Below, piece after piece: positions 1-11,168 of a stretch of DNA of 64,000 bases. A program made the translations under genes and the position numbers. The notes below the pieces were generated by a model. The model searched no databases. It was given only the letters and a program-made list of their open reading frames with translations, and was not told the origin of the DNA. The first letter of the stretch is position 1; each line of letters starts with the position of its first letter. Source of the stretch: Octopus vulgaris (taxonomy: Eukaryota); contig OX597822.1 of assembly GCA_951406725.2 (NCBI GenBank), positions 93,248,001 to 93,312,000 of the forward strand. The letters run 5' to 3'.

Positions 1-19
1 TTCACATTATCACATATAC

Positions 20-597
20 TATGCATTAATGCAAAAAATATTGTGTTTATTGGCTATCTTCAAAATGATCACACCATCAATGGAAAATTTCAATGCCAAC
101 TTCCTAAGGTAGTTATGATAGGCTATCAAGACCAAACACCCAGAAAAAACTGATTAATGGGGTCTTGTTTCATTAGGACAATGCTTCAGCACACAAATCA
201 TTGGTTTCAATGGCTGCTGTGTATGACTGGCTTTGAACTGGTTGATCATCCTCCCTATGTTAATGATTTGATTCCTTCTGGTTATCATCTGTTTCCCAAC
301 ATAGAAAAACACTCTGCTGAGCACTACTGTCACTATGATGAGAACATCGTATCTGTTGTTGATACTCTTACTCTCTTTTACTTGTTTCAGTCATTTGACT
401 GCGGCCATGCTGGAGCACCGCCTTTAGTCGAGCAAATCGACGTCGGGACTTATTCTTTGTAAGCCCAGTCTATCGGTCTCTTTTGCCGAACCGCTAAGTG
501 TCGGGGACGTAAACACACCAGCATCGGTTGTCAAGCAATGCTAGGGGGACAAACACAGACACACAAACACATACACACACATACATACATACATATG

Positions 598-682
<85 letters not shown>

Positions 683-966
683 GACAGGATTCTTTCAGTT
701 TTCGTCTACCAAATCCACTCACAAGGCATTGGTCGGCCCGGGGCTATAGCAGAAGACACTTGCCCAAGATGCCACGCAGTGGACTGAACCCGGAACCATG
801 TGGTTGATCAACAGAAAAGCTTCTTCACCAGTGCGATCCAAGCACTGCAACTACTTATGGAAGTGTGTGGACAGTAAGAGGAACTATGTTAGAAAATGAA
901 CTTCATTTGGTCACATTCCATGAGAGTATCTTGCTCAGATTATGAACATTTCAGCTGACCCTCATA
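20..966 (+). mobile_element. Decayed mariner transposon 3' half, split by a SINE-A insertion
   Basis: Frameshifted translation gives IVFIGYLQ..TING, VLFH*DNASAHKS and ELVDHPPYVNDLIPSGYHLFPN (mariner HDNA and HPPYSPDLAPSDYHLF motifs). It resumes after the SINE as DQQKSFFTSAIQALQ..WKCVD..NYVRK, and ends in the TIR-like AACATTTCAGCTGACCCTCA-TA. Confidence 0.85.
364..805 (-). mobile_element. SINE family A copy, 5'-truncated
   Basis: Reverse complement matches the full copy at 9186-9618, including the internal (TA)n tract and the GAAACAAGTAAAAGAG tail. Confidence 0.9.
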
Positions 967-987
967 ATAATAAAAATTATTATTACA

Positions 988-1262
988 CCTGCAAATGCTC
1001 CATCCTTACTGCAGCACTTATTTGTACCACGTACTTCTCAAGATTTTTGCTCACTGTTCCCGGGGCTCCGACACTTATTGGTACTACTACCACCTTTTTC
1101 ATCGACCACAACTGCTTAACCTCCCACGCTAACCTGTCATATCTGTCGACTTTCCTTTCTTATCGCATACCTTGTTGTCAGCTGGGCATGCTATATCTAT
1201 GATCCAGCATAGTTTGTTTTCTTTTTCAATTAAGACTATGTCTGGATTCTTATTCTCTATCT
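988..1262 (-). mobile_element. R4/Dong-like LINE 3' fragment (restriction-like endonuclease C-terminus)
   Basis: Minus strand reads KNPDIVLIEKENKLCWIIDIACPADNKV, then after a frameshift KVDRYDRLAWEVKQLWSMKKVVVVPISVGAPGTVSKNLEKY. This is the PD..D, K..KY and P...GALG pattern of RLE LINEs. It ends next to TAATAATAA. Confidence 0.85.
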
Positions 1263-1267
1263 CATGC

Positions 1268-1390
1268 TATTGAGCAGAATATTTGCTGTCTTTTATACCA
1301 AGACAAAGCAATGTACAAAACAATGATAACACTTCCAATCAGTTAAAATCAGAAGCCATGAGAGCCACTGCCTGGTACTGCATCAGGGCA
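1268..1390. repeat. Partial copy of an unclassified non-coding interspersed repeat (same family as 3651-4155)
   Basis: TATTGAGCAGAATATTTGCTGT...CTTCCAATCAGTTAAAATCAGAAGCCATGAGAGCCACTGCCTGG aligns to 4067-4155. Confidence 0.8.
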
Positions 1391-1518
1391 GTATCATTGT
1401 TGTTGTTGCTGTTGCTGCTGTTGCTGTTGTTGCTGCTACTGTTGTGTTGTTGTTGTTGTTGTTGCTGCTGTTGCTGCCCTGTTGTTGTTGCTGTTGTTGT
1501 TGCTGTTGTTGTTGTTGT

Positions 1519-3194
1519 TGTTTCTTTTCCATCTTTATGGATGATCACGATATTTGGTCGTCTTGCTTCTATGACTTGGTCGCACTGCATGTTAAAATCC
1601 CAGAGTATTTCGTAATGTTCGTTTTTCATTACTCCTTCTGGCTTGTGTCCATACCATTGTTCGGCTCTCTTGAGGCTCGTTTTACCGCTCAACAGCAAAT
1701 GGACATATCTGGCCACATTGTCGTGTTTTCTTTTGTATTCTCGTTGTGCGAGATTACAGCACTCACTGACAATATGGCTTATACTTTCTTCTTTCTCAGA
1801 GCACATCCTACACAGTAGCGAGTCAGTGCTTTTATCGATGTGATACTTGGAGTAGCTTGTTCTGAGAGCTTGTTCGTGAGCACTGCTCACTAATGTCTCA
1901 GTGGGCCCTTTTAAGTCTCTTTTCTGCAGCCGTTGTCAGGTTCTATTCCATCAATCTCATTTTTATTTTCCCAGACTGACTGTGCATTTTCTTGTCCTGC
2001 TAAATTTTCTTCATCTGCTTTCTCTGGTCTTTCTTAAATTGTGTTGGATCTACAGCTTCGTTCAGTTTTAAGATTCCTTGCATTTTCACTGCTTCAATCA
2101 TTTCTTCTTTACTCCCTTGACATACCAAGCCAAGCTATTCTCCTCTTCCCTTACACAACCTTCACAACACACCAATTCCTCTCCTCCTTCATTCCTCTTT
2201 ACTTACGATCTTGACACATCATTCTTGGTGTGTAGTTCATTATACATTATCATAGTGAAGGCGCAATGGCCCAGTGGTTAGGGCAGCGGACTCGCGGTCA
2301 TAGGATCGCGGTTTCGATTCCCAGACCGGGCGTTGTGAGTGTTTATTGAGCGAAAACACCTAAAAGCTCCACGAGGCTCCGGCAGGGGGTGGTGGTGATC
2401 CCTGCTGTACTCTTTCACCACAACTTTCTCTCACTCTTACTTCCTGTTTCTGTTGTACCTGTATTTCAAGGGGCCGGCCTTGTCACTCTCTGTGTCACGC
2501 TGAATATCCCCGAGAACTACGTTAAGGGTACACGTGTCTGTGGAGTGCTCAGCCACTTACACGTTAATTTCACGAGCAGGCTGTTCCGATGATTCGGATC
2601 AACCGGAACCCTCATCGTCGTAACCGACGGAGTGCTTCCATCCATACATTATCATTAATTTACGTGTTCTCCGGTCTATCTCTTGTAATTCATGCTTTTT
2701 CCAAGATGCTATTCCTGCCCCATATCTCATCAAATCAAAGCAATCGCCCACGTATTAATTGCACTATCTTATAGCGGTCATTTAGCTTCGACTGGAGAAC
2801 AAGCCGAGTTCTCCCCAAATACTCTTTCCTGTAGATTTCTTTCATCGTGTGCTCATGACACGCAGGTGCTTATATCCTTCCTCTCCAACTTCCTTTATAG
2901 TTTCACCACTTTCCAGCTTGATCCCATGGCCTTTACTGATTTTCCCCCTTTTGAGAATCATTACACCACATTTCACGATCCCAAATTCCATGCCAATATC
3001 TTTGCACAGTTGCCGTCAAATTCTCACTCTCTTTCTTAGTTTTAGCGAATAGCTTTAGGTCATCCTTAAACTACAGGTTGTTTACTTTCACCCTGCCTAT
3101 CATGTACAACACAAGCATCATTCTTAAAACGCTTGTTAGTGACAGTATGCAGTCAACATATAGGAGAGGCGACAGGTTGTTCCCTTGAAAGATT
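1519..3194 (-). mobile_element. Decayed R4/Dong-like non-LTR retrotransposon (RT, CCHC knuckle and RLE)
   Basis: Minus strand gives IFQGNNLSPLL (QGD.LSP), FKDDLKLF (catalytic DD), DIGMEFGIVKC, CRMCSEKEESISHIVSEC (CCHC), YKRKHDNVARYVH and ILWDFNMQCDQVIEARRPNIV. It has many frameshifts and is interrupted by a SINE-C. Confidence 0.92.
2254..2643 (+). mobile_element. SINE family C full-length copy (tRNA-derived head) with 12-bp TSD
   Basis: A-box TGGCCCAGTGG and B-box-like GGTTTCGATTCC. TSD ATACATTATCAT at 2242-2253 and 2644-2655. Other copies at 46524, 50600 and 63809. Confidence 0.9.
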
Positions 3195-3222
3195 CATATC
3201 ATCATCATCATCATCATCATCA

Positions 3223-3612
3223 AGCCGGCGAGCTGGCAGAATCGTTAAGCACGCCGGGCGAAATGCTTAGTGGTATTTCGTCTGCCGCTACGTTCTGAGT
3301 TCAAATTCTGCCGAGGTCGACTTTGCCTTTAATCCTTTCGGGGTCGATTAAATAAGTACCAGTTACGCACTGGGGTCGATATAATCGACTTAATCCGTTT
3401 GTCCTCTCTGTGTTTAGCCCCTTGTGGGTAGTAAAGAAATAGGTATTTCGCACGTCGCTACAACGTTCTGAGTTCAAATTTCACCGAGGTTGACTTTGCC
3501 TTTCATCCTTTCGGGGTTGATAAATTAAGTACCAGTGAAATATTGGGGTCGATGTAATCGGCTAGTCCCTCTCCACAAATTTCAGGACATGTGCTTATAG
3601 TAGAAAGGATTA
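3223..3612 (+). mobile_element. SINE family B, dimeric form (head-body-tail1-body-tail2)
   Basis: Head GGCGAGCTGGCAGAATCGTTA, B-box GAGTTCAAATTC. The body GGTCGACTTTGCCTTTCATCCTTTCGGGGTCGAT occurs twice. Confidence 0.88.
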
Positions 3613-3650
3613 TCATCATTATTTTTTATTTTTATTTTTGCGTCTAACAT

Positions 3651-4155
3651 CTTGAGTGAAAGAGCAGTGCATGTCATCGAAGTGACACTGGGGTAAAATA
3701 TACGAAGCCTACTCGTCTGATAAGGATACAGCAGGCACATGCATCACAGCTATATGTGCGCGACATAGTGATCTCATATCAAGATAAACAGCGCATGACT
3801 TTGTAGGTGGGGCCTAACTAAAATTTTCTTCAGGTCGAGTAGCCCATCCCGCTCAAAAGGTCTTTGAATAAGGGTTATTTAATGATGTTGAACAAAACAC
3901 CCATGTTTCCAAAGGTGAATTATCCAAACCCCAAAGAATTCTTCTCAACTCATGGCTATGGTGCTTCCCCACTACTTCTACTCGTGATCAGAGATGCACA
4001 TATCATCAACCACTAAGGGACATGCTCAACTGGTTAAGGTCAAACAACTGACAAGCAAATCTGTGGTATTGATCAGAATATTTGCTGTTGCCCATCTTTT
4101 ATACCAAGGCAAAACAATGTACATGATAACACTTCCAATCAATTAAGATCAAAAG
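3651..4155. repeat. Unclassified ~500 bp non-coding interspersed repeat
   Basis: Shares its end with 1268-1390. It has no ORF and abuts trinucleotide microsatellite. Confidence 0.6.
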
Positions 4156-4307
4156 CCATGAGAGCTACTGCTTGGAATTGTATCATCATCATCGTCGTCG
4201 TCGTCGTCGTCATCATCATCATCATCACCATCACCACCACCACCACCGCCGCCGTCGTCGTCGTCATCATCATCATCACCATCACCATCGCCGTCGTCGT
4301 CGTCGTC

Positions 4308-4690
4308 AAGCCGGTGAGTTGGTAGAATCGTTAAGCACGCCGGGCGAAATGCTTAGCGGTATTTCGTCTGCCGTTACGTTGTGAGTTCAAATTCCGCCGA
4401 GGTCGACTTTGCCTTTCATCCTTTCGGGATCGATTAAATAAGTACCAGTTACGCACTGGGGTCGATATAATCGACTTAATCCGTTTGCCTGTCCTTGTTC
4501 GTCCCTTCTGTGTTTAGCCCCTTGTGGTGGGTAGTAAAGAAATAGGTATTTCGCACGTCGCTACTATGTTCTGAGTTCAAATTCCACCGAGGTCGTCTTT
4601 GCTTTTCATTCTTTCGAGGTCGATGTAATCGACTAGTCTCCTCCCACTAAATTTCAGGCTTTGTACCTTTTGTAGAAAGGATTATAATTA
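4308..4690 (+). mobile_element. SINE family B, dimeric form
   Basis: Same layout and AAAGAAATAGGTATTTCGCACGTCGCTA junction as 3223-3612. Confidence 0.88.
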
Positions 4691-4723
4691 TTATTGATTG
4701 CTTAATAAATCAGCAGATAATAT

Positions 4724-5070
4724 CTTTTACTCTTTACTCTTTACCCTTTTACTTGTTTCAGTCGCCTTTAGTCGAGCAAATCGACCCCGGGACTTATTCT
4801 TTGTAAGCCCAGTACTTATTCTATCGGTCTCTTTTTCCGAACCGCTAAGTGACGGTTGTCAAGCAATGCTAGACATATATACATACATACATATATATAC
4901 ATATATACGACAGGCTTCTTTCAGTTTTTGTCAACCAAATCCATTCACAAGGCATTGATCGGCCCGAGGCTATAGCAGAAGACACTTGCCCAAGATGCCA
5001 CGCAGTGGGACTGAACCCAGAACCATGTGGTTGGTAGGCAAGCTACTTACCACACAGCCACTCCTACGCT
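4724..5070 (-). mobile_element. SINE family A copy with internal deletions
   Basis: Reverse complement of the family A head and tail. Confidence 0.85.
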
Positions 5071-5734
5071 TATCTTTGTCTTTTTATTTTTGCGTCTAAC
5101 ATCTAAAAAAAAGAAAAACAGGTTTTTCCGTAGTGAGGAAATAAAATATCAATAACAATATGGTTACAAGAACTCTCTCTTCCACCCGCTCTCTCTCTCT
5201 CACTCTCTCACCTTCACTTTCTCTCTGTCATTTCTCACAATCCTCTCTCTCTCTCTCTTTCTCTCTCTTACTCCATCACACTGTCACTCTCTCCTTTTTT
5301 CTCACTTTTTCTCTCATTCTCTTTCACCCCTCGTTCTCTCTCTCTCTCTCCCTCTCTCTCTTATTTCCTCTTTCTCTCTCACGATCTTTAAACCCCCCCC
5401 CCCGCGCTCTCTTTCTTTTCTCTCTTCTCTCCCTCTCTTTTTCTTCTATCTATTTCTTCAGTGATGAATCTACCAGTTGGATATCTTTGAGTAAATAACG
5501 GAATTATGTTTCTAAAGTAGACAGCATGAGAAAACAACAACAACAACAACAACAACAATAGCAAAAATAATTACAACAACAACAACAACAACAAAAGCAG
5601 CAACATCAACTCTGATAGTTATGGCGAGGTTTGGAAGCAGTTCAATTTATTGCTATAGCGGTGATAAAAATCTCTAATTAACCATGTCAAATGTCGTAAA
5701 TCGGAGATATCTGGTTCTCTAGTTAGTGTTGATG

Positions 5735-6256
5735 GTGGAGTTGGGGGTGTTGTTGTTGGTGGTGGTGATGATAGCAGTATTAGTGGTGATGGTGGTGGTG
5801 GTGATAGTTGACGTGGTGATGGTGGTCGTGGTGATGGTGGTCGTGGTAATGGTGGTCGTGGTGAGGTGGTCGTGGTAATGGTGGTCGTGGTGAGGTGGTG
5901 GTGGTGATGGTGGTGGTGATAGTGGTCGTGGTGAGGTGATGGTTGTGGTGGTGGTGGTGGCGATGATGGTGGTGGTGATGGTGGTCGTGGTGATGGTGGT
6001 CGTGGTGACGGTGGTGGTGGTGGTAATGGTGGTCGTGGTGATGGTGGTGGTGGTGGTAGTGGTCGTTTTGGGAATGTTATTGTTCGACATTGTGGTGGCA
6101 GTGGTGGTGATGATAGTGGTGATGGTAGTGATGGTGGTAGTGGTGGTGGTGATTATTGTGATGATAGTGCTGGCGATACTGGTGTTCGTGCTGGGAATGG
6201 TGGTGGTGCTGATGGTGGTGGTGGTGGTGGTGGTGGATGGTGATGAGGTTGGTGGT
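5735..6256. repeat. Degenerate (GTG/ATG)n trinucleotide repeat with 15-bp GTGATGGTGGTCGTG sub-units
   Basis: Seen directly. It generates the Thr/His/Val-rich ORFs in the track. Confidence 0.9.
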
Positions 6257-6519
6257 AAAGATGGATCGTTGAATGTGCAACTCCGCAAAACACTGACATC
6301 ATGAATATGATTGGGAAACCTGTTTAGCGGTGGGGGTGGGTAGCTCTGTGTGTGTATGAGAGAGAGAGAGAGAGAGAGATGGGGGAAGAGATGGGGTGAA
6401 AAAGAGAGAGGGAAAGAGAGGGTGAAAAAGAGAGAATGCGTGTGTATGAGTGTAAAAGTGTGTGTGTGTGTATGTGTGAGCGTCTGTATGTGTGAGTGTA
6501 TGTATGCATGAGTGAGTGA

Positions 6520-6564
<45 letters not shown>

Positions 6565-7210
6565 TGTGTGGGTGTGGGTTTGTGAATGTGAGTGTGTATG
6601 TGTAAGTGCGGGGGTGAAAGTGTGCGTGAGGGTATGCGAAACTGTGTGTGTGTTAGCGAGTGTGTTAGTGTGTGTGAATGTGTTAGTGTGTGTGTGAACA
6701 TGAGACTGTATGAATGTGTGTACGACAGCATGTGAGCATATGTGTGTATGTTTGTGAATGACTGTGTATGAGCATCCTCAACTAAGAGTGGGCGTGTCTG
6801 TTTGTATGTTATGAGTATGTATGAGTTTGTGTGTATGAGTATGCATGAATACGTGTATGTGTGCGCGCTTGTGATTCTACGTTGTATGTATGTGTGTTGT
6901 AAAGAAAGTATGTCAAAGGTGTAAAGAAAGTATGTCAGAGGCTTCCATTCATCTTTTTACCTTTTACCGTCAGTAGTGCCACTGTAGAACTCTTGTTATT
7001 TTAGTTGCAAAATAGATCAGAAAAATCAAGTTGAGTTTCTTGCAAGATGTCATATTGGAGGAAGACAGTAATAGCGAAGCCAGGGAGAACGGTAATTTCA
7101 CAGTTTTGGCACTGAACAACTCATCATTCCAAATTCAGCAAATGTCAGGATTTGCTGTCCCAACTCTTCTCTCTACCTGTTTTCTCTCACTCTTATAGTT
7201 TTCTCTCTCA

Positions 7211-7258
<48 letters not shown>

Positions 7259-7406
7259 ATTTATCTGTCTGCCTGCCTGCCTGCGTGCCTGTCCGCCTGT
7301 CTGTCTGTCTGTCTGTCTCTCCCTCTCTCTCGTTCTCTGTTCTTCATTTTCCTCCCTGCATCGAATGTATTTCTTCTTCTTCTTCTTCTTTATCCTCTTT
7401 CTTTTT

Positions 7407-7448
<42 letters not shown>

Positions 7449-7452
7449 CACC

Positions 7453-7498
<46 letters not shown>

Positions 7499-7881
7499 TT
7501 ACTACCACCACCACCACCACCACCACCACCACTACTACTACAACTACTTTTTCTCTACCCCACCACCTCTTCCTCCACCTCACCCCACCCCTCCTCCTCT
7601 TCCATCTCCCTCCCAATCTCCCGTTCTTCTTTCACCCACCACCTCAATTATACATCTCAGTCACTCCAGTCAGAAACAGCTACACAAAATACGATGTTGA
7701 AATAAACTTCCGTTTTCATTCGTTTCCATTTTGATTTTTTCATCATTTCGGAATCGAAAGTTTCTACCCTGAGAGTGAGAATTCCTTCTTCGAATCTTCT
7801 GGTATCTTTTGTTTCTACTACCTGTGTTCAACTTCTGCTTCAGGCTTTGTTTTTATTCGGGTCAGAAGAATAGACATTACG

Positions 7882-8708
7882 TTCTAGAGGTAAACCGATT
7901 CTAAAGATGAACTACTTCCAAAGATAAACCAGTCCTAAAGATAAACCATTTCTAACGATAAACCATTTCTAAACCAGCTGCAAAGATAAAGCATTTCTAA
8001 ATATAAAACAGTTTTAAAGATAAACCAGTTCTAAAGGCATGCTAGTTCTAAACCAGTTGCAAAGATAAAGCATTTCTAAATATAAAACAGTTTTAAAGAT
8101 AAACCAGTCCTAAAGATAAACCATTTCTAAACCAGTTGCAAGGATAAAGCATTTCTAAATATAAAACAGTTTTAAAGATAAACCAGTCCTAAAGATAAAC
8201 CATTTCTAAACCAGTTGCAAAGATAAAGCATTTCTAAATATAAAACAGTTTTAAAGATAAACCAGTTCTAAAGACATGCTAGTTCTAAACCAGTTGCAAA
8301 GATAAAGCATTTCTAAATATAAAACAGTTTTAAAGATAAACCAGTCCTAAAGATAAACCATTTCTAAACCAGTTGCAAAGATAAAGCATTTCTAAATATA
8401 AAACAGTTTTAAAGATAAACCAGTTCTAAAGACATGCTAGTTCTAAATTTGTGCTAAAGTGTTAGTTAAAAACTAGTTCTAAAGATAATCAGCTCTAAAG
8501 AAAACAGTTCTAACGATGAACATGGTCTAAACTAGTTCAAAAGTTAAACCACTTTTAAATGTAAGCCATGTCTAAATATAAAGCAGTTCTGAAGTTGAAT
8601 CTGTTCTAAAAATAAATCAGCTCTGAAGATAATGCAGTTCTAAAGATAAGCCAATTCTAAAGGCGAACCAGTTCTAAAGACAAACCAGTTCTAAATGTAA
8701 ACCAGTTA
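7882..8708. repeat. 17-bp minisatellite (consensus TTCTAAAGATAAACCAG) containing a 79-bp higher-order repeat
   Basis: CCAG(T/C)TGCAA recurs at 7974, 8053, 8132, 8211, 8290 and 8369 (period 79 = 4x17 + 11). Diverged 17-mers lie on both flanks. Confidence 0.93.
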
Positions 8709-9185
8709 CGTCGTAATGTAAGGAGTATGTTGTTGTTGTTTAAGCTCTGGTCAGTGCTGATCAATTATTTTTGTGAACAATGACACACCAGTCGAGGCCA
8801 TCTCGGGTTTTATTCTTACGCATAACACTTAAGGCTGCGTTATTTCTTTTTTTTAAAAACCCAGTGGGATGTGATTTGAGATGTGGCTCCTCTTTTTACC
8901 AGCCCGATCGACCGTGGAGATATTTCCTCGTTGGCCCCAATGTAAAAAAAAAGCCAGTTATGTAGACGCAGATTACATCTTTTTATTTATTTATTTTTTT
9001 AGGTTAGATTCAGAGGAAGGTACTGAGCCTGCGCTGTTGCAGACCCACCTCCTATAGGATGATATTGTTCGATGTATTTTGAAGATGGCTGGGTATGATT
9101 TGAGGGAAATTTTACTACTAATTTTACTGAATAAACGACCACACAGAGGTATACTCCGATTAACATATGTTGTTTATCCCTAGTA

Positions 9186-9618
9186 GGCGCAGGAGTGGCT
9201 GTGTAGGCACAGGAGTGGCTGTGTGGTAAGTAGCTTGCTAACCAACCACATGGTTCTGGGTTCAATCCCACTGCGTGGCATCTTGGGCAAGTGTCTTCTG
9301 CTATAGCCCCGGGCCGACCAATGCCTTGTGAGTGGATTTGGTAGACGGAAACTGAAAGAAGCCTGTCGTATATATGTATATAAATATATGTATGTGTGTG
9401 TGAGTTTGTGTGTCTGTGTTTGTCCCCCTAGCATTGCTTGACGACCGATGCTGGTGTGTGTTTACGTCCCCGTCACTTAGCGGTTCGGCAAAAGAGACCG
9501 ATAGAATAAGTACTGGGCTTACAAAGAATAAGTCCCGGGGTCGATTTGCTCGACTAAAGGCGGTGCTCCAGCATGGCCGCAGTCAAATGACTGAAACAAG
9601 TAAAAGAGTAAAAGAGTA
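9186..9618 (+). mobile_element. SINE family A full-length reference copy
   Basis: tRNA-like head with A-box TGGCTGTGTGG and B-box GGTTCAATCCC, a CTTGGGCAAGT core-like motif, internal (TA)/(TG) tract and (TAAAAGAG)n tail. The first 20 bp are tandemly duplicated. Confidence 0.92.
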
Positions 9619-9677
9619 ACACAGAATGAAGGAGATTTGATTACAATTTTCTACAGGTTGAACGACTTCGATTGACA

Positions 9678-9867
9678 TACTCTTTTTACTTGTTTCAGTC
9701 ATTTGACTGTGGCCATGCTGGAGCACCGCCTTTAGTCGAGTAAATCGACCCCCAGGACTTATTCTTTGTAAACCTAGTACTTATTCTATCGGTCTCTTTT
9801 GTCGAACTGCTAAGTGTCGGGGACGCAAACACACCAGCATCGGTTGTCAAGCGATGTTGGGGGACAA

Positions 9868-9938
<71 letters not shown>

Positions 9939-10000
9939 CATACATACATACATACATACATACATAAATACATACATACATACATACATACATACATACA

Positions 10001-10031
<31 letters not shown>

Positions 10032-10245
10032 GATCGCCATGTTGATTCGTTAGTTACTGCACGCATTTTTTTCTCTCCTTCTTTCTGTGTTTTTTTCTTC
10101 TCTCAGTGTATCTTTCTGTTGAAGAGCGTAGGCTCGAAACGTTAAAGACTTGTTTTATTTATATTTCCTGAGCGCCATACTAATACAATTGTTTGTTTGT
10201 TTTCCACCTGCCTTCGTCTTTTGTCTATTTTCATAAAGCTTCCCG

Positions 10246-10318
<73 letters not shown>

Positions 10319-10488
10319 AATATACGACGGGCTTCTTTCAGTTTCCGTCTACCAAATCCACTCACAAGCCTTTGATCGACCCGAGGCTATAGTAGAAGAC
10401 AGTTGCCCAAGGTGCCACGCAGTGGGACTGAACTCGGAACCATGTGGTTCGTAAGCAAGCTACTTACCATACAACCATTCCTACGCCT
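9678..10488 (-). mobile_element. SINE family A copy interrupted in its microsatellite by a Penelope-type terminal repeat
   Basis: Tail 9678-9870 and head 10324-10488 are collinear. The insert at 10031-10247 matches 43772-43972. Confidence 0.85.
10031..10247 (+). mobile_element. Penelope-like element terminal repeat with minimal hammerhead motif
   Basis: TCTTT-CTGTTGA-AGAGCGTAGGCTC-GAAACGTT-AAAGA. A homologous end lies downstream of a GIY-YIG fragment at 39912-40715. Confidence 0.75.
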
Positions 10489-10897
10489 AATACATGTGGG
10501 TTTTTTTTACTGTCTAAGGGTGTTGGTTTCTGTTGTTGTCCAACACCTTGTTTAACATTTGGTTGTTCACAAGTTGTAGCTATGATCATAGATAGTCCAT
10601 CTGTGATCGTCCGGTCATTTACTGTCCAAAGTTTTCTTTACTGTCTAAGGTGTTGCTGTTGTTGTCCAACACCTTGCTCTCCAAGGTGTTCTTATTTATA
10701 ACAGCAGATGTGTGACTTAAAGGAAATTGACAATTATTTCTAGCTGTTTGGACGACGTTGGTGTTGTGATGTTTTCATTGATTGTATTGATGACATCAAT
10801 ATTCCAGTGAAAACCTGAGAAAATTAAGATTTCTAATTAAGTATTTTAGTTCATTAAAGGTTCTGCAAATTTACGCATCGCATATAAATTTCAAACA

Positions 10898-10929
<32 letters not shown>

Positions 10930-10939
10930 AAGTAATCAT

Positions 10940-11004
10940 GTTTGTATGTACGTATGTATGAATAACTGTAAGTATGTGTATATGTATGTATGTATGTATG
11001 TATG

Positions 11005-11083
<79 letters not shown>

Positions 11084-11134
11084 ACATACATACATACATA
11101 CATACATACATACATACATACATACATACATACA

Positions 11135-11168
<34 letters not shown>

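Noticed and set aside
1340-1392. HDV-like ribozyme at the start of the unclassified repeat
   Set aside because: A P3-like hairpin exists, but no P1 or P1.1 pairing could be found by eye.
2254-2335. tRNA gene
   Set aside because: The A and B boxes are the head of a multicopy SINE with TSD, and there is no complete cloverleaf.
5719-6288. 189-aa Thr-rich mucin-like ORF
   Set aside because: It lies almost wholly in a degenerate triplet repeat with register shifts and has no ATG start or signal peptide. Kept only as a weak exon hint.
7882-8708. Possible CRISPR-like array
   Set aside because: There are no unique spacers; it is a pure tandem repeat in a eukaryotic context with no cas genes.
9575-9605. 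Hammerhead-like CAGTC-AAAT-GACT-GAAACAAGTA in the SINE-A tail
   Set aside because: There is no CUGANGA upstream. It is more simply a LINE-type 3' stem-loop.
9180-9619. Recurrent peptides such as [29 protein letters not shown] and RPRKDERQSRPRRNLNS that look like a gene family
   Set aside because: They are chance reading frames of SINE-A and SINE-B consensus sequence.
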